A DNA stretch of 64,000 bases from Dictyostelium discoideum (taxonomy: Eukaryota), in assembly GCA_000004695.1 (NCBI GenBank), contig CM000154.2, forward strand, positions 4,192,001-4,256,000, given 5' to 3'. This document shows positions 1 through 10,926 of the stretch, in pieces. A model generated the notes under the pieces. That model did not search any database and was not told the DNA's origin. It saw only the letters and a list, made by a program, of their open reading frames with translations. Made by a program: the position numbers and the translations under genes. How positions within the stretch are numbered: position 1 is the stretch's first letter; each line of letters opens with the position of its first letter.

Positions 1-3000
1 TATTGGAAGATTCAATTTATTATGCAGAGTTGAATAGAATTAAATCAGAGGAATTGAATAGTTTATGTTCATCTCATTTAAGAGAAAAATTCTTAAGAGA
101 ACCATTTAGTAATATCATTTTAGAGTCAATCAATACACAAATCATTGAGAAATTTGCTGATCTTTTAAATTCAAATATTGAAAATGCAAAAGAGGTCTTG
201 GAGAAAACAAAGATTCTAAAAGGCACTTTACAATCTATATTGGTAGCACCAGAGAATCCAAATGGTAAAATATTAAAACTTATAAACTTTTATCATATGA
301 CTCTAATCAATCATTTGAAAGAGAGTACAATGGCCACCCTATTAAGAGATGAAGCATTCCTTTCAACATTTGGTTTAAGACTTCATTTATTGGATTCTGA
401 TAAAATTAGTGGTGTTGATGCTAGTCAACGTGGTGTTAATCTATCGAATAAGACAGAGGTTGATTTCAGTCAATTAAGATTCATCTATGATAGTAGTAAT
501 AATAGTTATGGTGTATTATTTAAAAAAATTGAACAATTAATTAATTCATCAGATAAACCAGAATTTGAAAAATTAACTGAAACTCTCAATACCCCAGATT
601 GTCAAGGTTTGTTTAGAGCAAGTTTATTCATTATACTTTATCAATATTATTTGGATGGTTTAGATTGTTCAGCATTTAAATACCTATTCGAATCAAAGGA
701 ACAAGATTCAACTCGTAAATTCTTTGATCTTCAAAATTTCACCGAATATTATTTACCATTCATTTATCCAGATCAAAAATTGAATAAAAATATTGGTGTT
801 CATAAACTTTTGATGAGACAAGAGAATAAAGAAAGGGAAGATATCACTGCCGCTCAAATCACTATCAATTCAATAGCAATATCAATTGGTTCAAATTCAA
901 ATACTTTTCTTTACAATTTAACAAGACATATTCAAACCGTGGCCGGTCAATATTTCCCGGCTTGTGATGTTGGTAATATCTTTAGAGATTGTGCAATGAT
1001 CTATTTAGATGGTCAAGATGATCATACCGTAACCATGGGTTATGATGTTTTGTATAAATATATTGTATCATGTTGTTCTTGGTCTGCTTTTACATTCACA
1101 GTATCGGTGCAACCTAGATACACAGAGTACCTTTTAAAACCACAAATTCATTTCGTTTCGAAATTGGATAAAAAAGATCACGTATCTTTAACAAATTACC
1201 TTTGGAATAGAGCATTAACTTCAATCAATGAAATCATTAGAAATCCAGAACTAAGTTCATCTCTAATTGAACCTTCTCAATATATTTCAGAGTTTCTTTA
1301 TCAAATTTGGTTAGATGGTCATACATTAAATAATAGTCAACAAACTCAACATTTCCGTTCACACTTTGCAAATACAACCCAAGTTACCAACTATGAGAAA
1401 TATCTTTGTAATGTTTTAACTAAAATTAAAAAAGAGAATGAAAGTAGAAAATCTCATCTAATGAGAATATTTGCTCAAAGAACTATTGTATCATCAAAGA
1501 ATAAAGAAATACAAATGAATATCAATTCAATTAGAAGTGATTTTGTTCGTTCCTATGAAAGACCTTATTTTACATTTGAAAAGATCAATCAATTTTGTTC
1601 AAGTTCAAATGGTAGTAGTAAAAATTTCGAAGTCCTAACATTTATGTCAAATCAAATTCAAAAGATATGTTTATCAAAACATTTCACTCCATTAGTTAAT
1701 TTCATTGTATTATTCCATCAATTCTTAAAATTCCGTTTACAAGAGAATCAATTCAATTTCAATTTCAATCAATGTGTTCAAATTCTATTGGATAAACAAT
1801 ATGAAACTGAAGAATCAATTAAACCATTAAGATTGGCTTGGACTCATTTCACAAATGCTTGGAAATCAGTTATCAAAGAAATGAATATCATTGAAGGTGG
1901 TTGTGCACAAAAACCAGAATATGAAAAAGTTGCATTCCCAATCCATGATGAAACTCCAATGTCTGTAATATTATTCGATAGTGATTCTAATGGTTCCGGT
2001 GTAATTTTGAATCTAATCAATGGTTGGGTATCGCATACTCAATCGCCTTGTCTAAATCTTAGAAATGATGTACCAATGTCACCACTTTTCAAAACGATTG
2101 CAGAAGGTTTCATTCCAAAAGGTGTGACCTATGATATCTCTGATTTGCCAGAAGGTGAGAATTATCTATTGTTAGGTTCAGATTTCGAACCAAATGATTA
2201 TCATCAATTCATCTATAGACTATTCTCTCAATATCAAACATTTGATAAGGAAACAATGTCACCAGATTTCCTATCGATTCAAAATCGTGTCATCAATAGA
2301 TTCTTTGCTGGTAAAGGCGTTGCAGGCATTTTAGAGAATTATTCAAAACGTTTTCCTTTTCAAAAAGTAATCTCTGAACAAGATAGTGTAGTTAAAAAGA
2401 AATTAGCATCATTGCTATTGGATGATGAAATTCAATCTCTGTCGAATCTAGTTAGAAATCTTTACTCATTAATTCAAAAATTACCAGAGATTTATTTCAA
2501 AGATATTGGACACTCTTATTTGAAAATTCATTTCGAAAATACTTTGAGTGCACGTCAAAATTATTTAGATGATTTCTCTCAAGAACTTAGTACTTTGGTT
2601 TCAAATATTATAAACCTAACAAATGAACAACAATCGATTGATGTCAATCAATCAATTTTCCATTTCCGAAATTCAATCACTACATTTGTTCCACTAGATT
2701 TAGCAAAACAGTTATCAATCAATATGGTTGGTACAATTTCTATTATGTTGATCAATTCTTCACTGAAACAAAAAAAATTATATAGAAACTTTTGTCCAGA
2801 ACCAAAGATTATCGATGGAAAATATATAGAGTTTTTCGATAGATTCAAATCTAATATCATTGAAAAAGCTAAAAATGAAGCTGATAATCTTAACTTCCTT
2901 AGAAATCTTTGTGAATACATTAGAGAGGTTCATAGTAAATTGGTTTCAAATGATGTTTTAAAAGAAATTTCCGTCTCAACTAGTGAATCAATAACATTGG

Positions 3001-3306
3001 CTCAAATCATTCAAAAGAGAATACCAGAGTTTTCTTTTGATAAAGAAGTAATCTCAAAGAAATCCTTCTGTTTAAATGGTACTCCAACTAGTTATTATAG
3101 AATCTTAATTAAAACAATCACTGATATTTACAATCATATTAATCCAATGATTCAAAATAAGAAAAATACAGTTTACTCTGAAATCTTTACAAATCATTTC
3201 AATTCAATCAATAGTGAAGAAGAAATTAAACAAATTAATATTGATTCAATAAGAACTTCAAATAATTCTTCACCAAATTTAATTCAAAAAATTAATGAAC
3301 AACTTG

Positions 3307-3366
<60 letters not shown>

Positions 3367-3956
3367 TTGATCACGGGGATGATAATAATGATGGAGAAAG
3401 TGAAAGTGATATTGAAGATTATGAAAATATTAATAGTACTTGTGGTAAAATTAAAATTATTAAAAATACAACTAGAAAAATTGATCAAATTGATAATCAT
3501 CCATTTAAACATTATCTTTATTATTGGATTAGATATTTATCTCAATTCTGTGAATTATTAAATGTCGAACCATTAAATAATTATAATAATAATAATAATG
3601 ATTTTAAAATTTTTAGTTTATTCAAACTTTTCAAACTTCAATCATTTGAACAAAATTATGACCAAAATTCACCAATAATCATTAATAGATTGGATAAGAA
3701 ATTATCAAAAGGTTTAATCACATCAATATCTCCAATGGAAACAATGATTCATATTTTAAATAGACTAAGTAAACTTGATTCAAATATTAAACAATTATTC
3801 AATTGGAAATTTAAAATCATTTGTGATGAATGTAAAGAAAATACTGAATCATCTGGTTTTATCAAGTTAACTTTGGATTTAACAAATATTAATGAAACTA
3901 ATAGATCAATCAAATCATTATTAATGTCAACTTTATTATATTCAATTAAAATTAGG
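1..3956 (+). CDS. Large hypothetical protein, 5'-partial. The frame is open from the window start (codons phased from nt 3) and carries a poly-N tract at 3310-3365. Proposed exon 1 of a 3-exon gene; the last codon before the putative donor is AGG at 3954-3956.
   Basis: 1320-codon stop-free ORF in roughly 78% AT DNA. The track's initial M is a TTG. The next two exons have no ATG and cannot initiate alone. A GTTTGT donor at 3957 and AG at 4014-4015 join them in frame, phase 0 to phase 0. Confidence 0.55.
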
Positions 3957-3966
3957 TTTGTATAAA

Positions 3967-4004
<38 letters not shown>

Positions 4005-4015
4005 TATAAACAAAG

Positions 4016-4252
4016 GAAAATAATACTAATTATAAATTTATTTTATTAAACTATAGAAATTGTAATCATAATAAATCAGATATTAAATTAGTAGAATCAC
4101 CAGAATATATATTTATTGAAGTTGAGAGATTTAAAAAAGGTCTTCCGTTCAATTCTAGTATTATAAACTTTGAAAAGAATATCAGTATATCAGAGTTATT
4201 GGGTAATTTTTCAAAAGATATTAATGGATTATATAATATTCAATCAATTCTT
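4016..4252 (+). CDS. Proposed internal exon of the same gene (79 codons, no ATG, frame 2). It is bounded by the acceptor AAAG at 4014-4015 and the donor GTAAGT at 4253.
   Basis: Stop-free frame from 4010 to 4252 with no start codon, a canonical GTAAGT donor at 4253-4258 and a TTTTAG acceptor at 4319-4324. Weak resemblance to the C-terminal His-box region of a degenerate USP fold (speculative). Confidence 0.45.
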
Positions 4253-4324
4253 GTAAGTTTATAAATATATTTTTATTTTATATAATAATAATAATAACAA
4301 ACTAACTTTATAATTTATTTTTAG

Positions 4325-5485
4325 TCTTATGGTTCAAGAAATGATGAATTTGATTTTATTACAAGTAATGAAGGTCAATACTATCATCTTACTTCTAGTA
4401 GTTGCGTTAAAACATTGAATGAGTACAGTTTTAACGCAATAATAGAGTCACTCAACAACAACTGTAACTTTATCATTTTAAAGAAAGGTGGCTATATCAA
4501 AACAAGTCATATCAGCGATCCAGTTGATCCTTCTCTTTTAAATAAACCACCTATTCCATCAAGTGATAATGAAGAAGAAGAAGAAGATGATGATGATGAT
4601 GAAGTAAATGAAGATGAATATGAAAATGGAAATGAGGATGAAGATGAAGATGAGGATGAAGATGAAGATGAAGATGAAGATGAAGATGAAGATGAAGATG
4701 AAGATGAAGATGAAGATGAAGATGAAGATGAAGATGAAGATGAAGATGAAGATGAAGATGAAGAATATGAAGATGAAGATGAAGATGAAGATATTATTGG
4801 AGATGACGCTGAGGTTGAAAAAGAAAACAAGAATGGATTTTCTCATTTAGAATCACTACAAATTACACCAATACCTCACGACAAAGATGAAGAACAACCA
4901 GAAAAACCTCAACAACAAGAGATACATCAACAACCAGAGAAACCTCAACAACCAGAGAAACCACAAGAACTACAATCAACTGAAACACCAGGACAAGAAG
5001 TATCAGTTGATTATAAAATCCTTTATGACAGAAAAGCTTTCAAAGAATTTTTATACGGTGGATTCGAAAAATTCACTGAAGATTTGAAACTGCAAATCCT
5101 TGATGCCGGTATCAATTGTTTTTCAGTTTTATTAAATTTAAAGAGTGAAGACTGGTCAAAGTTTTCATTCTTACAATTACCAAAGAGAAATCAATTGGTA
5201 AATTCTTATAAGAAAATTCATAATGAAGCCATCAAAAAAGAGTATCCTTTCGAATCTCCTTTTGATATAGATGACCAAAAAGCCTACGAACAATTCCTTA
5301 AAGATATCGTTAATGATGAAAAAACTATAATGGATTTGGTTGAAGCTGGTTTTGACTCATTTACATCTTTAATTCCATCTGATGATGGCGGTTGGGAAGA
5401 AGTGTCTTTAAATTTACAAGAGATCCTTAAACCTGCGACATGTTTCAACTTAATCAATCAATTAAAATTGGTTGGAAAAGCATAA
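4325..5485 (+). CDS. Terminal exon of the same gene. It holds an acidic (D/E)n repeat encoded by (GAAGAT)n, a PEKPQQ repeat and a globular C-terminal region.
   Basis: The frame continues from the acceptor at 4324 with no stop. The track ORF at 4415..5485 begins at a TTG, not an ATG. Confidence 0.6.
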   Translation, partial: SYGSRNDEFDFITSNEGQYYHLTSSSCVKTLNEYSFNAIIESLNNNCNFIILKKGGYIKTSHISDPVDPSLLNKPPIPSSDNEEEEEDDDDDEVNEDEYENGNEDEDEDEDEDEDEDEDEDEDEDEDEDEDEDEDEDEDEDEDEDEEYEDEDEDEDIIGDDAEVEKENKNGFSHLESLQITPIPHDKDEEQPEKPQQQEIHQQPEKPQQPEKPQELQSTETPGQEVSVDYKILYDRKAFKEFLYGGFEKFTEDLKLQILDAGINCFSVLLNLKSEDWSKFSFLQLPKRNQLVNSYKKIHNEAIKKEYPFESPFDIDDQKAYEQFLKDIVNDEKTIMDLVEAGFDSFTSLIPSDDGGWEEVSLNLQEILKPATCFNLINQLKLVGKA

Positions 5486-5744
5486 TGAAAAATAAAAAAA
5501 TAAAAAAATAAAAAAAATAAATATAAAAAAAAAAAATATTAAGATATAATAAAAAAAATAAAATAAAAAAAATAAATAAGAAAATAAATGTTAATAATTA
5601 TTAATAACATTTTTTTTTTTTAATATATCAATAAAAGTTGAAATAAAGAGAAAAGAAAGAGAATAAATAAGAACAAACAAGAACAACAAAGAACAATAAC
5701 AAGAACAATAACAAGTACAAAAAATAAAACAATTAAACAAAAAT

Positions 5745-5975
5745 AAAAGTCTATTTCCCAAAACATTTTAGCAATTATCTTTTTTGATTAAAAAAGAAAG
5801 ATCTTTCTTACAACAAAACCAATTATGGATTCATTTATTTTTTTTTTTTTCCTCTGGTGGTGGATTTATGGTTAAAAAGATTTCATTATAATTTGGACAT
5901 TTCATCTTGTTCATTTTCATTTCGTCTTCATTATCTTTCTTCTTTTAATTGCTTAATTGATGTTCATTTGAAATA
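5745..5975. repeat. Copy 1 of a duplicated intergenic segment of about 230 bp.
   Basis: About 85-90% identical to 6142-6385. A roughly 90-bp core (tttcccaaaacattttagc.attatcttttt.attaaaaaagaaagatctttcttacaacaaaaccaattatggattcatttatttt) is nearly identical. No conserved ORF. Confidence 0.7.
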
Positions 5976-6141
5976 ATCATTATTAATACAATTTGAAAAC
6001 TATTTTGAATAATTATAAAAAAAAAAATTAAATTCTTACAACTTTAAAAGGAATAGACATATTAATTTCATCAGACTAATTTTAACATATTAATTTCAGC
6101 CTTAAAACAGGTATATACATTAAAAAAACTTAAAATTTTAT

Positions 6142-6385
6142 TTCCCAAAACATTTTAGCGATTATCTTTTTAATTAAAAAAGAAAGATCTTTCTTACAAC
6201 AAAACCAATTATGGATTCATTTATTTTGATTTGTTTTTTTTTTTCTTTTCTTCTGGCAATGAATTTATATTTTTTCAAGAATTTATTATCATTTGGACAT
6301 TTCATCTTCTTCAATTTTCATTTTGTCTTCATAATATTTCTTCTTTTTTAATAGCTTAATTGATATTCATTTGAAATAATAATAT
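6142..6385. repeat. Copy 2 of the duplicated intergenic segment.
   Basis: Direct repeat of 5745-5975. The downstream segment 5990-6070 also reappears at 7700-7760 (acaatttgaaaa...aattaaattc.tacaa.ttttaaaggaatagat). Confidence 0.7.
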
Positions 6386-6520
6386 TTGGTTGGTTTATAT
6401 TTTTGACTGTAAAAAAAAAAATTTACCTTCGATTGAATTATTATTATAGTTGCTGCTTTTGTATTATTATTCAAGCATTTATTTTTACTATTTTCATTTT
6501 TTATGTTATTAATACAATTA

Positions 6521-6603
6521 GTATTACTATTACTATTACTATTACTATTACTATTACTATTACTATTACTATTACTATTACTATTACTATTACTATTACT
6601 ATT
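6521..6603. repeat. (ACTATT)n hexanucleotide microsatellite, about 14 units.
   Basis: Perfect tandem hexamer seen directly. Confidence 0.9.
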
Positions 6604-7031
6604 ATACCTCTTAAAAAGCCATTTGAGTTGTTGATAATAATGAGGAATCTCAATGGTAAAATGTTTATCATTTTTCTGGAACTAATTGCAACAAAGTTTG
6701 ATTCCAAATCTTTTATTAAAAATATTGCTTTTGTTTTCAAAGTGTGTGGTTTTTTTTTTCTTTCAATAATCCATCCATAAATTTTCATTCTTTTGAAATT
6801 GAAAAGTTTATGGATGGATTTTTGAATGAAAAAAAAAATCCCATACTATACTACCAAATTAAAATGAAATTTTGTGGTAATGAAAATTAAATATCATTCA
6901 AAAATGTTAATGCCAAAAAAAGCCTCAACAATAATAATATTAGATAATTAAATCCATATTAAAAATAAAAAAAAATCGAAGTAATAAAAAAAAAAAAACT
7001 AGATTATAAATCAAATCAAAAAGAGGATAAA

Positions 7032-7184
7032 ATGGATATCGATAATGAGGAGGAAGAAGGTGATACCGATTTTGATCATAAACAAAAAGTTGATACTAAA
7101 CAACAACATGATGAAAATAAAAAATATCAATGCCAGATTAGAAACAAGATCAATTGTAACAAAAATAAAAAATAAATAACATTT
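7032..7184 (+). CDS. Small acidic ORF of 50 aa (MDIDNEEEEGDTDFDHKQKVDTKQQHDENKKYQCQIRNKINCNKNKK). Possible small gene or isolated exon.
   Basis: ATG-initiated, with GC content above the surrounding desert, directly upstream of the 16-mer repeat array. No homology recognised. Confidence 0.2.
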
Positions 7185-7268
7185 AAGGAAGGCACAAGAA
7201 AAATCATTTTATTAAAATCCTAACTATTAAATGTACAATATGATATGTTTACTTCCAATTTGACAAAT

Positions 7269-7606
7269 AGTGTTGATAACTTTTTATGTCTCAAATTATT
7301 GATTTTACCGGCTACAGTGTTGATAACTTTTAACCACCAATAATATTTGGTGAATTGATTCTATAATTTTACCAATTTTTGAAAATACTTCTTGATAATT
7401 CCTACTTACATGTAAAACAATTAGTGTTGATAACTTTTCTTGAATTAAACTATAAGAGATGTGGATCCAATTGACAATTAGTGTTGATAACTTTTTTCGT
7501 CGTACACAAGAGAGTAACTCCTCACTAACAATTTGATAAAAAGTGTTAATAACTTTTTTTATCATGTATTATTACAATGATTAAGCTAATAGTGTTGATA
7601 ACTTTT
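7269..7606 (+). repeat. Array of six direct copies of the 16-mer AGTGTTGATAACTTTT (one copy has G to A) separated by unique spacers of 31-91 bp.
   Basis: Unit starts at 7269, 7316, 7423, 7480, 7542 and 7591, all in the same orientation. A partial copy (cttgataatt) lies at 7391. An ACCCATAA DUSE-like motif directly follows the last unit (7609-7616). Confidence 0.85.
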
Positions 7607-8074
7607 TAACCCATAATAATACTTTGAGAGTGGTGAATTTCCAAATAATTCCAGATACCATCTATTTTATTTTTTTTTTTTTTTTTTTTTTTTTATTAGC
7701 ACAATTTGAAAATGAATAATTAAAAAAAATAAATTAAATTCATACACATTTTAAAGGAATAGATTATAACTTTTGATTTTTATATGTAATAGCACACTTT
7801 TACATAAAAAAAAAAAAAAAAAAAAAAAAAACTTTCTTTTATACTCAGTCCAAAATCTTTAAAACCAAATTGTAAAATTTTATTTTTTCCAATTTTGGTA
7901 AATTAAAATATGAGATTTAATCCACAAATATATAAATGGTGATTGTTTTATCTTGATTCTTTTTAAAGTAATTTTTTCATTTAATCTAAAAGATTTTAAT
8001 TGAAAGTGAAAAATAGGGGTTTGCTGATTGATTAAAAAAAAAAAAAATAAAAAAAAAATAAAAAAAAAAATAAA

Positions 8075-8140
8075 AATAAAATAAAATAAAATAAAATAAA
8101 ATAAAATAAAATAAAATAAAATAAAATAAAATAAAATAAA
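8075..8140. repeat. (AAAAT)n microsatellite.
   Basis: Tandem pentamer of about 13 units. Confidence 0.9.
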
Positions 8141-8323
8141 AAAAAACAAAATTAAATTAAATTAAATTAAATAAAAATATTTAAGATCTTGGTCAACTTT
8201 TATTTTTTTGTTTAAATTATTTAATTTATTATTTTAATTTTTTTTATTTTTTTTATTTTTTTTTTATTTAAATATATGTTTTTTATTTTATTTATTTTTA
8301 TTTTATTTTTTTAATATTTAAAG

Positions 8324-9613
8324 TTAAAATAAAAAGTATAAAAATAGAGATACCATTATTAATAAGTATTTTGGTATATTCTTACAAGAGCTATTACCAT
8401 CACTATTCTTTTCGAGTAATTCATTTGAGCTTGAGTGATGAATAAAAGGTGGTGGAGGTGTTCCCCTTTTATGTAATGGTGTTGGTGATACGTTTTCTTC
8501 AGAATCCGAAGATGATGAGTCCATAATTGGCAATGGTGATGCTGATACTGATACTGATGTTGATGCTGATGCTGATTCTGATGCTGATTCTGATTCTGAT
8601 GCTGATGCCGATGGTGATGGTGATTCAGATTGAGAAGATTTACTCTCACTATCTTTTTTTTTATCTTCACTACTAGATTCATTAAACTCACTAGATGCTT
8701 GAATAACCTCTTCAGATGAAGATGGTTTTTCTGTAGAAATTGACATTGGTCTAGAGGATATTGGTGTTTGAGTTGGAGTTGGAGTTTGAGTTTGAGTTGG
8801 TGTTTGGCTTGGTGTTTGAGTCGGGGTTGGTGTTTGACTTGGTGTTGGAGTTGGTGTTTGACTTGGTGTTTGACTTGGTGTTTGACTTGGTGTTTGACTT
8901 GGTGTTTGACTTGGTGTTGGTGTTTGAGTTGGTGTTTGAGTTGGTTTTGGTGTTTGACTTGGTGTTGGTGTTTGACTTGGTGTTTGAGTTTGGGTTGGTG
9001 TTAGTGTTTGAGTTTGAGTTGGTGTTGTTGTTTGAGTTTGAGTTGGTGTTGGTGTTTGAGTTGGTGTTGGTGTTTGGCTTGGTGTTTGACTTTCCTCTAA
9101 TGATGATGATGGTGATGGTGATGGTGATGGTGATGGTGATGGTGATGGTGATGGTGATGGTGATGGTGATGGTGATGGTGATGGTGATGGTGATGGTGAT
9201 GGTGATGGTGATGGTGATGGTGATGGTGATGGTGATGGTGATGGTGATGAGTTTGGATCTAATTCACCACATTTTACTTTAATAAAAGAGTTTAATTCTA
9301 ACCATTCACCATTGCAAGTTAAAGCTTTAGTCATTTCGAAAGCATTTGATCTTGTTGAGCATTGATTATTTTTATAAACATCGAAAATATAACCATTGGT
9401 TAATCTTTTTTTAACGGAAAATGAACGTGTTAATTGATCTTGTTGATCGACATTCTCATCTTTACATATTAAATAACTACATCTATTAGCAAGTGTTACA
9501 TTCTTTATAATACCACCATCTTTACAATTTAAACAAACTGTAAAAATTGTAGTATCAATTGAATATATACCAACTAATACATTAAAAAACAATACTACAA
9601 ATAATAATATTTT

Positions 9614-9616
<3 letters not shown>
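8324..9616 (-). CDS. Secreted or GPI-anchored mucin-like glycoprotein. It has an N-terminal signal peptide, a Cys-containing domain, (SP)24 and (TQTP/SQTP)n repeats, and a C-terminal hydrophobic tail.
   Basis: 430-aa ATG ORF. The signal peptide is [19 protein letters not shown]. The (SP)n tract is encoded by a perfect (GATGGT)23 array on the + strand at 9107-9246. The hydrophobic C-terminus is [15 protein letters not shown]. Confidence 0.65.
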
Positions 9617-9646
<30 letters not shown>

Positions 9647-10033
9647 CTAAAATTGGTAATTTATTTTTTATATTATTTTTTTTTTTTTTACTAAAATTTT
9701 TATATTATTTTTATATTATTGTAATCTAATAAAAAAATTATTTTGAAATGTAATAATGGTTTGTTTGTTTTTTTTTTTTTTTAATTGTTTTATTTATTTT
9801 TTTAATTTGGTTATTTTAATTTAAAAAAAATAAATATATATTATTTTTATTTTGTTTGGTTATTAATCTCTAAATTTAATTTTACAAATGAAAAATGAAT
9901 TGGATTTAAAATAATTTCATACCATAAATAGTGCTTTTGTATATAAAAAATAACAGAAAATCATTGACAATTATTTTTAAATTTTCAACCATGATTTTAT
10001 TTGAATCGTAATTAAAAACAATACCTTTAAAAA

Positions 10034-10074
<41 letters not shown>

Positions 10075-10595
10075 GATTAGATTCTATTAAATAAAAAGAA
10101 AACATCCATTCACTTCATTATATTTTTATTTCTAATGTTTCAATTCAAATTACAAATCCAAAAATTCGTGCCCTATTGCGTTAAATTCCACCCATATAAA
10201 AATAAAATTTCTTTTTAAAAGAATTTAAAAAATCCACACCACACGTATGGATATTTTTATATATATATAAATTATATTTATATATTAAAATAAAACACCC
10301 GTTTGTGCATATCATTATTATAATAATTACCAATTTTTTTCAATTGGTAATTGTGGAATTTTCAAAACAATTCTTTTTTTTTTTTTTTTACGACTTTGTT
10401 ATCAATCTGGAGTGAAAATAAAAAAAAAAAATTAAAAAAAAAAAAAAAATAAAAAAAAAAAAAAAAAAAATAAAAAAAAAAAAAACATTTTAAAAAATTC
10501 ACACTTTTTCTTTTTTTATCCATTATTAGTGCGTCTTTTTTCTTTTTCTTTTTTCTTTTTTTTTAATTAAAACAAATAGAAAATACTGCACCACC
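9617..10595. promoter_or_regulatory. Divergent intergenic region of about 1 kb between the mucin-like gene (-) and rbm22 (+). It contains an (AAT)n microsatellite at about 10034-10074.
   Basis: Head-to-head gene starts at 9616 and 10596 in AT-rich homopolymer-laden sequence. No specific motif could be assigned. Confidence 0.3.
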
Positions 10596-10703
10596 ATGTA
10601 TAAAAGCAAATTACAAAATCAAGATGAACATTTACAACAACAACAAAAGGATTTTCCAATCGTTTGTGAAAATTGTTTAGGTGACAGCCCATATTTAACA
10701 ATG
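10596..10703 (+). CDS. rbm22: rbm22 / Slt11-like pre-mRNA splicing factor, exon 1 (36 codons: MYKSKLQNQDEHLQQQQKDFPIVCENCLGDSPYLTM).
   Basis: ATG at 10596. The donor GTATGA lies at 10704. The N-terminal FPIVCENCLG..PY motif matches the RBM22 zinc-finger start. Confidence 0.8.
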
Positions 10704-10926
10704 GTATGACATAATCTATAATTTTAATAATAATAAAAAAAAACAATACAAAAAAACAAATTCTAACCCTCCATACAAATAATCTTCCTTTTCACACTCA
10801 TACACGTATTCATACACATTATATATATATAAATATACTTTAATATATTTATATATTTATTTATTTTTATATCTTTATATTATGTATAAATAAAAAATAA
10901 AAAATAAAAATTAATAATAATAATAG

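Noticed and set aside
2648-2920. The minus-strand 90-aa ORF inside the large + ORF, and similar antisense or low-complexity track ORFs. These are 3279..3512 (-), 3295..3561 (+), 4507..4830 (-), 4559..4846 (-), 4608..4850 (+), 8359..8691 (-), 8761..9282 (+), 8768..9004 (+), 15812..16006 (+), 15914..16153 (-), 16250..16453 (-), 16283..16687 (+), 16386..17120 (-), 18298..18627 (+), 23982..24224 (-), 23986..24177 (+), 24009..24365 (+), 28190..28417 (+), 28218..28406 (+), 28822..29202 (-), 47143..47742 (-), 47246..47647 (+), 60297..60581 (-), 60309..60539 (+), 60365..60604 (+) and 62343..62690 (+).
   Set aside because: They are shadow frames of trinucleotide or hexanucleotide repeats, or antisense to well-supported genes. 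They encode homopolymeric or low-complexity peptides with no independent support.
4415-5485. The track start codons for ORFs 3..3965, 4415..5485, 50895..51650, 60151..61836 and 61963..63945, which are reported as M.
   Set aside because: Inspection shows these are TTG codons. The track treats TTG/CTG/GTG as starts. Frames are open upstream, so true starts lie in upstream exons or beyond the window.
7269-7606. A CRISPR-array interpretation of the 16-mer repeat and spacer structure.
   Set aside because: The repeats are too short (16 bp) and the spacers too variable (31-91 bp). The host is a eukaryote with spliceosomal introns throughout, and there are no cas-like ORFs.
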